From Candidatus Hydrogenedentota bacterium (lineage in GTDB: Bacteria; Hydrogenedentota; Hydrogenedentia; Hydrogenedentales; JAEUWI01), in assembly GCA_034669905.1 (NCBI GenBank), contig JAXMOL010000001.1:32001-96000 (forward strand): DNA of 64,000 nt, in the 5' to 3' direction. The notes below the pieces were generated by a model. That model was not told the origin of the DNA. It made no database searches and saw only the letters and a list, made by a program, of their open reading frames with translations. Below are positions 50,252 to 60,838 of the stretch, piece after piece. Position 1 is the stretch's first letter; each line of letters opens with the position of its first letter. The translations under genes and the position numbers were made by a program.

Positions 50252-51448
50252 CTATTCGAGCACGTCTTCCTTCACCACCGCTCCCGGAAGGGTCATGGTG
50301 TGGGGCCACATCTTCCGTCCCGGGTAAATGGAGGTGTTAATACCCGTGTGCACGCCGTCGGCAATGATGGCACCCAGTTTTCGCCGTCCTGTGTCGACGA
50401 GTTCCTCCTTAATCTGACTGCGGTGATTTTTTCCATCATGCCGGAAATTGGCGGTGATGGTGCCACAGCCCAGATTGGCCTTTTCGCCAATGACGCTGTC
50501 GCCCACGTAGCTCAGATGGGGCACGGCGGACCCGGCCATGAGTATACTATTCTTTACCTCGCTCCCCTGCCCCACCTTGGCACCGTTACCAAGCACCGTG
50601 CCGGGCCGGAGGTAGCAGTTGGGACCCACGGTGCAGCCTTCGCCGATCATGACGGGCCCTTCGATATAGACGCCGGGACGAATGACGGAGCCTGCGCCCA
50701 CGTAAAGAGGCCCCTTAACCTCGGCCTTGTCACTCACTTCACCATGAATTTCACTGGTCATGTGGTTGTCGAGCATATAGGCGTTGGCATCAAGAAGGTG
50801 CCAGGGATAGCCAATGGGAAGCCAGTACCCTTCGGCAGTGACCACCTTAAAGCTGCCCTGTTCGGCCAGGGTCTGGATAGCGGACGTAATTTCAATTTCA
50901 CCCCGCTCCGAAAGGGGTGTGTGGGCCAGCACCTCAAATACCTCGGGCGTAAACTTATAGGCCCCGATATTGGCGAGGTTGGAGAAGACTTCTTTGGGCT
51001 TTTCCACGAGGCGGACGACATTGTCATTATCATCGACTTCATAGATGCCATATAGCCGGGGGTCATCCACGACCTTGGCGAGGGCGGCCTGGTCGTGGGA
51101 GGCAAGCCGCGCAAAGTCTTCGGGCGCATAAAGATCGTCGCCATTAAAGGCCATGAAAGGCGCATCGATAAGGTCGGCGCACTGCAGGAGGGCGTGACCC
51201 GTACCTTTTTGCTCCTTTTGCTCCACATAGACCATTTTCCGGCCATTGTATTCGGTGCCCATGGTCTCGCGAATCATGTCCTGACGATAGCCCACGATGG
51301 CGATGACCGTATCCACCGAGTCAGGCAGGGCATCAATCTGGTGGGCCATGATGGTCTTGTTGGCAATAGGCAGCAACGGCTTGGGCCGCGTCAGGGTGAG
51401 GGGATAGGTCCGGGTCGATTTACCGGCGGCAAAAATAACAGCATTCAT
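50252..51448 (-). CDS. Bifunctional sugar-1-phosphate nucleotidylyltransferase/acetyltransferase (archaeal GlmU-like)
   Basis: AVIFAAGKSTRTYPLTLTRPKPLLPIANK, GTGHAL, NGDD, VEKP, SERGEIEIT, IGYPWHLLDAN, hexapeptide repeats, PHLSYVGDS, GRRKLGA. Start taken as the ATG at 51448. Confidence 0.88.
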   Translation of the reverse strand: MNAVIFAAGKSTRTYPLTLTRPKPLLPIANKTIMAHQIDALPDSVDTVIAIVGYRQDMIRETMGTEYNGRKMVYVEQKEQKGTGHALLQCADLIDAPFMAFNGDDLYAPEDFARLASHDQAALAKVVDDPRLYGIYEVDDNDNVVRLVEKPKEVFSNLANIGAYKFTPEVFEVLAHTPLSERGEIEITSAIQTLAEQGSFKVVTAEGYWLPIGYPWHLLDANAYMLDNHMTSEIHGEVSDKAEVKGPLYVGAGSVIRPGVYIEGPVMIGEGCTVGPNCYLRPGTVLGNGAKVGQGSEVKNSILMAGSAVPHLSYVGDSVIGEKANLGCGTITANFRHDGKNHRSQIKEELVDTGRRKLGAIIADGVHTGINTSIYPGRKMWPHTMTLPGAVVKEDVLE

Positions 51449-51686
51449 CAAGACACACTCCAATAGATTCAGCCAATCGCCTGCAGTGCAGGAGGCCCTG
51501 CAGCATGCTGACCCGGATGAGGGGGACCCCAAGGGACGGAAGACGGCACAGCAATTGAACATCGATTTTGAATAGTCACAGGAAAGGGGTATGATAACCG
51601 TAACGTGGCTGGTCAAGCTAGGTCGTGCATGCTACAGGACGCGTCTACGGGGTACCCGTGCGCCTGAACGACCGAAAGGAAAGACC

Positions 51687-53003
51687 ATGCTCACCACCTT
51701 GCTCGTTGCCCTCTCCCCCCTTTACCTCCTCAATGCCCCCTATGAGCCCACATGGGAATCTCTCGACGCCCGGCCTAATCCGACGTGGTTTACGGACGCC
51801 AAGTTCGGGATCTTCATCCATTGGGGCGTCTATGCGGTGCCCGCCTGGGGGCCGAAGGAACGTTATTCCGAATGGTACTGGCACGACCTCATCAAGGGCG
51901 ACGGCCAGACCAAGGCCTTCCACGAGGCCACCTACGGCGAAGACTTCAAGTACCAGGACTTCGCGCCCCAGTTTCGCGCGGAACTCTTCGAGCCGGCCCA
52001 GTGGGCGGATACCTTCAAGCGCTCAGGGGCCAAATACGTGGTGCTGACGTCGAAGCACCACGAAGGCTTCTGCCTCTGGCCCAATCCCCAGGCGTGGAAC
52101 TGGAACTCCGTGGACATTGGCCCCCACCGCGATCTCGCGGGCGATTTGACCGGCGCCGTCCGGGAGGCGGGACTGAAGATGGGCTTCTACTATTCCATGT
52201 ATGAATGGTTCAATCCCCTCTACAACTCCGACGTGGACCGCTATGTGGACGAGTACATGCTGCCCCAGATGAAGGATCTCGTCGAACGCTACCAGCCCGA
52301 CCTCATCTGGCCCGACGGAGAGTGGGGCCACCCGAGCAGCACGTGGCGCAGTACGGAATTCCTCGCCTGGCTCTTTAACGAGAGCAAGGCCCCCAAGGAT
52401 GTGGTCATCAACGACCGTTGGGGTAAGGAGTGCCGCAATGTGCACGGTGGATTCGCCACACCGGAGTATGGGCACATTCCTGACGGCAGGCTCATCCAGC
52501 GGGGCGACTTTGAAGAGTGCCAGGGCATGGGCCGCTCCTTTGGCTACAATCGCAACGAAACGGCCGACAACTACCGCAGCACCGAGAAATTGCTCCACCT
52601 CCTCATCGGCAATGTAAGCCGGGGCGGAAACCTTCTCCTCGACATCGGACCTACCGCCGACGGGCGCATCCCGGTCGTGATGGAACAACGCCTCCTCGAA
52701 ATGGGCGAATGGCTGGCCGTGAACGGTGACGCCATCTACGGCACCCGCAAGCCAGACGAAGCGCCCGAAATGGACACGGTAAAATTCACGCAAAAAGGGG
52801 ACGTCCTCTATGCCATCAGTCTCCAATGGCCCGGCAAGACCCTCACCCTGCCGCTGGAAAAGAAGGTGAGCCACGTCACCCTGCTCGGCCACGAAGGCGA
52901 CGTGCCCTTCACGCAAGAAGGCGGCACCCTGCGCATCGACGTCCCCCAACTCACCATCGACCAACTGCCCTGCCTGCACGCGTGGAGTTTCAAGCTGGAA
53001 TAA
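51687..53003 (+). CDS. Alpha-L-fucosidase (GH29)
   Basis: YEPTWESLD, WFTDAKFGIFIHWG, YVVLTSKHHEGF, LIWPDG, INDRW, SFGYN, VSRGGNLLL; AAGGA RBS before the ATG at 51687. Confidence 0.94.
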   Translation: MLTTLLVALSPLYLLNAPYEPTWESLDARPNPTWFTDAKFGIFIHWGVYAVPAWGPKERYSEWYWHDLIKGDGQTKAFHEATYGEDFKYQDFAPQFRAELFEPAQWADTFKRSGAKYVVLTSKHHEGFCLWPNPQAWNWNSVDIGPHRDLAGDLTGAVREAGLKMGFYYSMYEWFNPLYNSDVDRYVDEYMLPQMKDLVERYQPDLIWPDGEWGHPSSTWRSTEFLAWLFNESKAPKDVVINDRWGKECRNVHGGFATPEYGHIPDGRLIQRGDFEECQGMGRSFGYNRNETADNYRSTEKLLHLLIGNVSRGGNLLLDIGPTADGRIPVVMEQRLLEMGEWLAVNGDAIYGTRKPDEAPEMDTVKFTQKGDVLYAISLQWPGKTLTLPLEKKVSHVTLLGHEGDVPFTQEGGTLRIDVPQLTIDQLPCLHAWSFKLE

Positions 53004-53118
53004 CCCTCATCACGAAACGTGCTCCGCAAAGAAAACGGGCACCTTGACGTCAAGGTGCCCGTGGGAACGCGGCGGCGAACGGCGTGATTTTCTACTTTAC
53101 AGGGTTAGTGGTCTGGCC

Positions 53119-54045
53119 TTATTGCCAGAGCAGATCATCTTTGAACAGGGCCCAAGCCTTGCTGTAGGGACCATCGGAGGGGTACTTGCGGAATTCGACG
53201 TGTCCGTCCATATAGAGCACGTTGCCACCACCCGGGATATGATTCATCCACTCCGGGTTCTGGTAGTTATAATCGTCATACATGACAAAGATGTTGCTCT
53301 GCGCTTTGGCGCTCGCACCGGGGTTGTTGATATCGGTAATAAAGAAGCGCTCCATCCCTTCGCGAAGACGGTGGATGACGACCTCTTCCCCAGAGCCGAG
53401 GGTTGCTTCAATGGACTCATCGAAAAGACTATGGCCCGTAAGGGTAGTTTGTTCGGCCGCAGGGGGATCGGCGTCGCCGCCACCGTCGAAGGCATGGTTG
53501 GTATCAAAATCATTGAAGTGGGCAGTCGTCGCATTGCTCACCCCCATGTCGAGATCACCGGGCACATTGACGGCATTCACGTCGACACCCGCCGGCACCA
53601 GCCATTTTTCATCGAAGGCCCAGCCATGGTAGATGTAGGACAGGCCGTCGATTTCGCAGGGAGCAATCGGGTTCGCCGGGTCACCGCCCACGTTCCACCG
53701 TCCCTCGGATACTTTTATCCCATCCGAATCGGACGGGCACACCAGGACCTGGACATCCGTCAGGTATTCGGGGTAGATGGACGTACCGTCGATCTGCCAG
53801 GGGGCCATATCCCATTCGGAGCAGAAGTCCTTGTCGTATTTTCCACAGCTCGGAAAAAGATTTCCGTTGGACTCGTTGGCGTACATCTTCATGACGACGC
53901 CCATCTGTTTGAGGTTGTTCTGGCAACTCGTGCGCCGGGCCGCTTCACGTGCGCGGGCAAGAGCGGGGAGCAGGATGGCTGCCAGGATGCCAATGATCGC
54001 AATAACGACCAGGAGTTCGATAAGGGTAAAACCTTTTTTGTGCAT
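53119..54045 (-). CDS. Prepilin-type N-terminal cleavage/methylation domain protein (DUF1559, H-X9-DG)
   Basis: [66 protein letters not shown]. Confidence 0.92.
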   Translation of the reverse strand: MHKKGFTLIELLVVIAIIGILAAILLPALARAREAARRTSCQNNLKQMGVVMKMYANESNGNLFPSCGKYDKDFCSEWDMAPWQIDGTSIYPEYLTDVQVLVCPSDSDGIKVSEGRWNVGGDPANPIAPCEIDGLSYIYHGWAFDEKWLVPAGVDVNAVNVPGDLDMGVSNATTAHFNDFDTNHAFDGGGDADPPAAEQTTLTGHSLFDESIEATLGSGEEVVIHRLREGMERFFITDINNPGASAKAQSNIFVMYDDYNYQNPEWMNHIPGGGNVLYMDGHVEFRKYPSDGPYSKAWALFKDDLLWQ

Positions 54046-54287
54046 TGGGGTACTTCTCCATAGAAAATTGACGAGCTCGCCAGAAATGTGTTCCATGACC
54101 GAAGTCTATCCACCCCACATTGCACGCCAATTATTGAGACGTTAGGATTTCACAAGCACCCTTATATCATATATTTTTATGTTTTCTTATCTATATTCAC
54201 CAGTTACATAATACGCAATTAGAATTCCGACATGAAAACTCCAAAACGGCAACACCGAGCAAGGCAGGGAAACAACATTGGAAGTGG

Positions 54288-54405
54288 AACCACGAACAAA
54301 CACGAATGGACACGAATTTTGGGAGGCCGTCTTCGCGGGAATGACGACCTCGCTCAATGATTGAATCCATCTTTCTCCATCCGTCATATCCGTTTCATCC
54401 GTGGT
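54288..54405. repeat. Composite short-period repeat element
   Basis: Three CACGAA at 10-nt period (54291..54316); REP-like CGTCTTCGCGGGAATGACG (54328..54346); three ATCCGT at 9-nt period (54379..54402). Confidence 0.6.
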
Positions 54406-54608
54406 CACAACCGATAGCCGATCCGATAAACGGGAAATACCAAGCCGCGACTACAAATGAGGCATACTAAGACCATAGGCAAGAAAGCGTCTACCTATAA
54501 GAAAAGTGCGCCTGCGAGGAACGTTCAGCCCCCATCGTGGTATAGACGCTACAGGGAGACGCGCACCCCCCACACGATGCGATTCATAGCGGCTTGGAGG
54601 CCATCCCC

Positions 54609-56140
54609 ATGAAATTCCGAATGCTATTGCTTATTGGCGCCCTGTTTGCTTCATGCCTTCCCAAGGCGGCGGGCCTTTCCTATAGCCCCGAAGCCTTTCT
54701 CAGCTGGGAGGAGGTGGTGGCCAACAGCGACTTCGTGGGCGTCATCGAGTGCGTTCGCGCCGGTGCCCACGTTTCTGAATTCGTCGTGTCGATTCCTGGA
54801 AAGGCACCATCGAGCAACCGAGTTTCCGTCTGCAGTCGGCCAATCAGGTCGGTGATCTCTATCTGGCCGCCCTATGTTCTCGTACGCCCACCCCCCCACA
54901 TCTTGAAACGGTCGAATTGATACTTTCCCCTATCGGCGGAATCGAATGGCATCTGGGCCTCTGGCCGGAAGAAGGGCCAGACTATCACATGACCAGCCCT
55001 ATTTCAGGGAGCATCGTCTCCATACCTCAAGGCGTAGAGGAAGAGACCGGTGGCCCCGCGCGCCGCCATCAATTCATGACACCCCGTTTCGAGACACTGA
55101 AAAAACAGGCTCAAGCCGTCATGGAATCGTCGGGGGAAGCGCGGGAAGCGCTCCTGATTGTCCGTGCCCTGAACCATCTGCGGGAACATAGCGCCGCACC
55201 CGGTGAAGCACCTGGACCGGATCTCGTAGATCGAGACGAACGACAGCTGAGCAAACTTTTGACCGTGGTGCTTGGGCCCCACACAGCTCCCGATCGGCAG
55301 TGCATCGCTGGGGCACTTTCACGTGCTGGCGGCAAAGAAACCCTGGCGCGACTCGAGGCCTGGACCTACGAACGCGAAGCAGATCGAGAGTGGCTTGAAA
55401 TCGTCATCTCGCGACTCCGCCACTATGAGTCCGCAAGACATACCCCCCACCAACCCAAGCAACCACCGCCCATACAAATCGTCATGGGCACCCAAGAGGC
55501 CAGAGAGGCGCTGGAAAATTCGCTGGCGAACTACGAACCTCCTTCGAGGAAGCCGCTCAAACTTTGGTGCGACGCCCTTGAGGTAATGACCACCCGAGAC
55601 CCCTACTACGTCGCGACATACTTGCGCGACTTCGATCCATCCGTGTTTTACGGCTATATGGCAGGACAAAATATCGCGGTCTGGTATGCGACACACGTCC
55701 GCCAAAATCGCGTGCGCTGTTTCCAAACCTTAGCCACCGCCAAGCACCCCGGCATCGCGCTGGCCGGTGCTGCGTACTTGCTCCATGAGGACTCCGTACT
55801 GGGAACCCGCACATTAGAATCCTGGGCAGATGCCGACGGCCCTCTTCGCATACCCGCCGCCCAGCTTCTTGTCGCCCATGGCCAATTAGATTTCGTTCCG
55901 GTAATGTTCGAACGCACTCCCCCCACCATCGCGCAAGAAAGCATCTGGCAATCTTTTCAAGCAGCAATGGCAACCCTATCCAACGCAGCGCACAACGCCA
56001 AGGTGCCGCAGCCATTACTGGCCCAAGGGGCAGACCCCACCGGTGCGCCCCAAGACTCCGTGCTCTCCTGGTGGCAATCCTATGAACAAAACCTCACACC
56101 CGATCCCCTACCCGTCCAATGGCCACCGCCCGCAGAGTGA
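54609..56140 (+). pseudogene. Hypothetical secreted protein split by an apparent 1-nt frameshift near 54788
   Basis: ORF1 has a signal peptide (MKFRMLLLIGALFASCL...). The frame of ORF 54917..56140 is open back to 54779 and reads VDSWKGTIEQ..., continuing naturally from ORF1 ...SEFVV. Confidence 0.55.
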
Positions 56141-56188
56141 TTCCAGCGGTCCCCACGAGATTTTGTCGCCCGCGCCAGGCTGAAGAAA

Positions 56189-57439
56189 CTACGATGCCGC
56201 GATGCAATAGAGAAATTCATTTCCCTTGAGGTAGAGGGTATCCCCTATCACCACGGGCGAGGCATCAAAACCATCGTCCAACTGGTTCGTCCGCAACACC
56301 TTGAGGGACGCATCGTCAGAAAGCACCGTTACGGCGCCATCGCGGTCGGCCACATAGACATGGCCACCGGCACCGACAGGGGAAGCATAGACCCGCCCCA
56401 AATCGTCCAGGGATTCGCGGGCATAGTAGAGTTCACCTGTCTTGGCATTCGCGCAGGAGAGTTTGGGATTCATTCCATCCAGAAAGTAGATGCGCTCGCC
56501 ATAGAGTAAGGGCGAAGGCACGTAAGGCGTTCCGTTGTCGATGTTCCATACGGGCTTGTCGGTCACGTCACCTTTGCTCTTCAGGTCAATGGCCGTGAGG
56601 GCCGCACCCCGGAATCCGCTGGCACAATAGACATTGCCAAAGCCCACCACCGGCGTAGGGATTACATTGACGGTCATGCCGCCACACTCCCAGAGAAGAT
56701 CGCCGTTGGCCACGTTGTAGCTTCGGATACGGTTCGTGGCATTCATGATGACCTGGGTGATGCCATCCACTTCGACGGCATAGGGCGTGGACCAGGTGGT
56801 GCTTTCATCCCGGGCCTTTTCCCAGCGCAGTGCTCCCGTCTTCTTATCGTAGGCCCCGATGCGCGATGGCCCTTCATGGTCCTGCACGACGACGATGCTG
56901 TCACCGGCAAGTACCGGCGAGCTGCCTTCGCCGAAGCCACGGCGGGTGGACATTTTCATGAGGGGCGTGCTCCACACATGGCCACCGTCCAGGTCATAAC
57001 AATGAAGCCCCCGCGAGCCGAAGCTGGCCCACACATGGGTGCCATCGGTCACGGCGGAGTAGGGCGCAAAGCTTCCGGTGGGGTGATGGCCTTCCTGCGG
57101 GACTTCGGTAGCCGCCGTCTTTTGCCACAGGGTCTTCCCGGTGTTGCGATCCAGGCAGACGACGTCAAAGTTCCAGGCCTCGGTGCCCGCCTTCTCCGAT
57201 GCCGCCAGAATGAACAGCTTTTCTCCCCAGATAACCGGCGTGGATTGCCCCGTGCCGGCGAGGGGCACTTTCCATTTCACATTCTTGGTCTCACTCCACT
57301 CCGTGGGGGGAGTACCCGTCGGCGCAACGCCGCTATTGTCGGGCCCCCGCCAGGCGGGCCAGTTGCTATCCGCCACCGCAGCGGTTGCGAGCCCCAGGAA
57401 TGCCAGAAGTAAGGCGGTCACACAGCGAAACGAGGTCAT
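56189..57439 (-). CDS. PQQ-binding-like beta-propeller repeat protein (BamB-like superfamily)
   Basis: Signal peptide; NWPAWRGP, WSETKNVKWK, GQSTPVIWG; repeated TG..LW and SP motifs; FDASPV. Confidence 0.9.
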   Translation of the reverse strand: MTSFRCVTALLLAFLGLATAAVADSNWPAWRGPDNSGVAPTGTPPTEWSETKNVKWKVPLAGTGQSTPVIWGEKLFILAASEKAGTEAWNFDVVCLDRNTGKTLWQKTAATEVPQEGHHPTGSFAPYSAVTDGTHVWASFGSRGLHCYDLDGGHVWSTPLMKMSTRRGFGEGSSPVLAGDSIVVVQDHEGPSRIGAYDKKTGALRWEKARDESTTWSTPYAVEVDGITQVIMNATNRIRSYNVANGDLLWECGGMTVNVIPTPVVGFGNVYCASGFRGAALTAIDLKSKGDVTDKPVWNIDNGTPYVPSPLLYGERIYFLDGMNPKLSCANAKTGELYYARESLDDLGRVYASPVGAGGHVYVADRDGAVTVLSDDASLKVLRTNQLDDGFDASPVVIGDTLYLKGNEFLYCIAAS

Positions 57440-57649
57440 GGAAATATCCTTTCCAAAAGTGGTTGATGAGTCCGGTGCCTGCGAACACCGGTGGTGGCCG
57501 CACTATATCATTCTTTACCCCTCAAAAATCGAGGTCACGATCAGTGAAATAAGTCAGGACATATAGAAGTACCAGATTTCATCCGCTCTTCATACTCGTC
57601 CGTCACGGCGTTGAGGTGGGTGAGCTACACATCCGAATTCCTTCCATAC

Positions 57650-60600
57650 TTACAAAATCGACTGCGCCCAACGCGCGGCGCGGGCCAGTCGAACCTCTAG
57701 CGCCAATTCACGTGCCGCCGCCATAGTTCCATTGTCCACGCCCTTCAGGTCCAAGAGCTGTTTGGCGAGCTTGGCCGACTTGCCGCTGCACTTTATTTGG
57801 CCCAGCGCATCGGCGGCGGGGCTATCCAGCGCATCGCCCAGTTGGGCGAGAGATTCCAACAACAGCGTCAGGATATGATGGCCGTTTTTGGGAATTTCGC
57901 GCCAACTCCCTACTATGGGCTGAAGCATGCCCGCGACCGCCCAGGTGTGGAGTGGCGATACCTGGGCGACTTCGCCAAGGCAGGCGGCCATGCGCGCTGG
58001 TTGGAACCACTTCATCGTGCAAACGCGCAGCATCGGTTCGGTGAACTGGTCGGGGTGGGCGCGGCCGTCGGCAATGGCTTCGACCAGCACGTCGATGGCC
58101 GTTCTGGAAAGGTCACCCGACGGTGCGAAAAGCGCCAGTCCAATCGCCATGGCGGCCGGGAGCGTGATGGGCTGATCCGGTTCGAAGAGGGGCGTAAGAC
58201 ATTCGCACTCGGGCCATTTCTTGGACGAACTGTTGCCGTAGGCGTGGGCGATGAAGAGGAGCGCGGAGGCAAAGAGGGTGTCGCGGTTGTGGGGCCAGGT
58301 CAAGGCACCCCATTCGAGCTCGAAGGCCTCTCGCCGGATAACTGCACCGCCGCTGGGGAAGGCATGCAGCAGCACACTGGGGCGTGACAGGCGATCCCCA
58401 CCATGCACCCATAGGGGGGTTACTTTCAGGGAGAACTCTTCGCGCAGGGGCCGGTGGAGCCAGCCGCCCCCGGGAACCGCCGCTTCGAACTGGTCCACCG
58501 AAGCCAACACAAGATCCAACCCCCTCTCGGAACTCTCATCGAGCTTCTCCAGGGCTTTCTCCAGCGCCTTGTCCGCTTCTTCGCGCGCTTCTTTCTCTGC
58601 GTTGGCCATCGCGACCTTTTCGTCCCTGTCTATCCAATCGTAAATCGCGGGCCCAGCACCATCGGGACCGAAGAACTGGTCGCCCTTCAAACCAGGCACA
58701 TCAAACACCTGATGGGGATGGCGGCCCCGGGCGGCGGCCAACCATAAATCGGGGTCATCGCCTTTTTTGAAGCCGCCCTCGCCCGTCAGGGCCCAACGGA
58801 CCACCCGCAGCAGTTGCGTCTTTCCGCCGGCCAGCTTGCTGGCTGCCGATTCACGCCCATCGGGCGCGAGTCGAAGCAGGGACTGAACAAGGTCGAGGGT
58901 GCCCGGAGTCGCGTCTTGTTCGGTGAGCGCGCAGAGACGGTCTACCAGGGCCGACGCCATCAGCCAGCCCCCTTCGTGGGTAGGCGTGGCAAGCAGGGGC
59001 AGGTAGGTGCCCTTCAGGATTCGCGCACGAACCGCGCGGATGCGCTGGTTCTGGTACTGCCAGAAGGTGGTACCACGAATTCCAGCGGTTGGTAGTTCCT
59101 CCTCGAAGCGCTCATGCACCTTGCCCCGGGAGAGCCACGTGTAAAGAAGGTGACCGAGCTCCCCCGCCGCCCAGTCCATCCGCTTCAACAGGGGTGCCGC
59201 CAGGCGGTCGAAATTCTCTTCGGCGGCGGGGTCGGTCTCGCTGATGGCACCCAGTAATTGCTCCATCTCCATGGCCGAAATCGTCTCGTCGATCTGCCGT
59301 CCCGCCAGCAAGATGATGTCGTCCAACGTCTCAGGGGGGCAAACCGCCTTCAGCCCCGTGAGCACCGGCACCGTGCCCGAGTCGATCAGCAACGGGGGTG
59401 GCATGGTGTCCGTTTCCAGGGCCGCCCGTGCCGAATCTACCCCCGCCGACGCGCACCATGCCGCCGGAAGCTCGGGCTTCTCAGGTGCCTTGGCCTTTTT
59501 CGCCACCGTCGCTTTTGGCTCGCGCGGCGCAACCGATGGGCCCGTCCCCGCGAGCGCCCGAACACGATCTTGAAGGGTCGTCGCCACATCCTCCACATGG
59601 ACATCGAGGGCCGACCGCGCGCGTTCTCCCAGGGAATCCTTCCACACCTCCAACAATTTCAGGCAGGCCTCCTGAACGTCGGTGTCGGGATGAGCCAGCC
59701 CCTGCTCGCCCACGGCCTCAAGAATGGTGGGTAATTGGGCGGGCGAACGCTTCCCAATCTTCTGCAACTGAGCCAGCACCGACTTGACCAGCCCCTTGCC
59801 CTTGCGCCCAAGCAGCGGGATCGCCCCATCCACAAAGGCCCCGTCATCCAGCGCTTTGGCCTGCTCCACCTTCTTCAGCATCTTGATCGCAAAGGCCACG
59901 ACGCGATCAGACTGCGCAGACAAGAGCGAAATAAGCTGCGCCTGCGACGCCACCACCTCCGCCTTCGATGGATTCATCCCCTCGTAGAAATTCGCCAGTC
60001 TGGAAAGTACGTTCGCGACGTGTCCACCGGCCAGCCCGTCTAAACTGGCGCGCAGCAATCGCTCCCGATCCAACAGGCCCTCCTCGGACAGCGCCCGTAG
60101 CGCATGGGCCAGGGGTTCGTCGTCGCTGTAGTCGGACTCGGCCCAGGGGTCGTCCGGACTCACCAACGCGTACGAATCTACGCGGAGCACGCCATACATA
60201 TCCTTCAACAGGTCGGGGTGATCCCGCAGGTAGTCTGAAGTGCGATAGGTCCCCGGGCTTTTGGGGCCGCTCAACCCACCCTTCCAGTAATTCGTCGTGA
60301 CGCCCCGAGCGAGAAGATGGTAGTAGTTGTCCAGCGTCGGCTTCCCACAAACACCGCGCTCCATCAACGCATAGACCGGAGGCCAGCACACGAAAGACCA
60401 CCACCGCTCCCGTCCAAGCCAGTGGGCCAACCATTGGTCTGCCCATGGTGGTCGTCGATCATCAAGCACCTTTACCAGAGCCGCCCAAAATTCCTCGTTG
60501 TTGTCCATCTCCACCCGCTTCGCATCCGCCAAGGTTCCCAGTGCCAGCCGCAGGAGTCCAACCTTGTGTAAAACCACCGGCGTCGCCTTCTCGAACTGGG

Positions 60601-60817
60601 GAACGATCCATAGGTAGTCCTGCGTCAGATACTTCGCTGGATACATGACCCACTCGTAGTGGTCGGGTATGTGGCCTTTCCTAAAGCCTTTCTTCTCGAA
60701 GTGATTAAAGTGGACATAGAGCGCCTTGCGCTCTTCTTCCGACATTCCGGTGACGGCGGACGCCATCTCGCCTACGTTGCAGGTGATAAGCGTCTGAATC
60801 AGTTCTTCTTCGGTCAT
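57650..60817 (-). CDS. Large helical-repeat protein, DUF6493-like, paralog 2
   Basis: 1055 aa; GLLDRERLL, HPDTDVQ, LLATPTHEGGWL..LVDRL, DLVQSLLRL, DGRAHP, VSPLH. Family assignment is from memory of the motifs. Confidence 0.7.
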   Translation of the reverse strand: MTEEELIQTLITCNVGEMASAVTGMSEEERKALYVHFNHFEKKGFRKGHIPDHYEWVMYPAKYLTQDYLWIVPQFEKATPVVLHKVGLLRLALGTLADAKRVEMDNNEEFWAALVKVLDDRRPPWADQWLAHWLGRERWWSFVCWPPVYALMERGVCGKPTLDNYYHLLARGVTTNYWKGGLSGPKSPGTYRTSDYLRDHPDLLKDMYGVLRVDSYALVSPDDPWAESDYSDDEPLAHALRALSEEGLLDRERLLRASLDGLAGGHVANVLSRLANFYEGMNPSKAEVVASQAQLISLLSAQSDRVVAFAIKMLKKVEQAKALDDGAFVDGAIPLLGRKGKGLVKSVLAQLQKIGKRSPAQLPTILEAVGEQGLAHPDTDVQEACLKLLEVWKDSLGERARSALDVHVEDVATTLQDRVRALAGTGPSVAPREPKATVAKKAKAPEKPELPAAWCASAGVDSARAALETDTMPPPLLIDSGTVPVLTGLKAVCPPETLDDIILLAGRQIDETISAMEMEQLLGAISETDPAAEENFDRLAAPLLKRMDWAAGELGHLLYTWLSRGKVHERFEEELPTAGIRGTTFWQYQNQRIRAVRARILKGTYLPLLATPTHEGGWLMASALVDRLCALTEQDATPGTLDLVQSLLRLAPDGRESAASKLAGGKTQLLRVVRWALTGEGGFKKGDDPDLWLAAARGRHPHQVFDVPGLKGDQFFGPDGAGPAIYDWIDRDEKVAMANAEKEAREEADKALEKALEKLDESSERGLDLVLASVDQFEAAVPGGGWLHRPLREEFSLKVTPLWVHGGDRLSRPSVLLHAFPSGGAVIRREAFELEWGALTWPHNRDTLFASALLFIAHAYGNSSSKKWPECECLTPLFEPDQPITLPAAMAIGLALFAPSGDLSRTAIDVLVEAIADGRAHPDQFTEPMLRVCTMKWFQPARMAACLGEVAQVSPLHTWAVAGMLQPIVGSWREIPKNGHHILTLLLESLAQLGDALDSPAADALGQIKCSGKSAKLAKQLLDLKGVDNGTMAAARELALEVRLARAARWAQSIL

Positions 60818-60838
60818 GTTCTCTGTGTTCCCTTCAAT

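Noticed and set aside
49050..50389. Diversity-generating retroelement TR/VR pair
   Set aside because: Differences are synonymous third-position changes rather than adenine-specific, and no reverse transcriptase is present.
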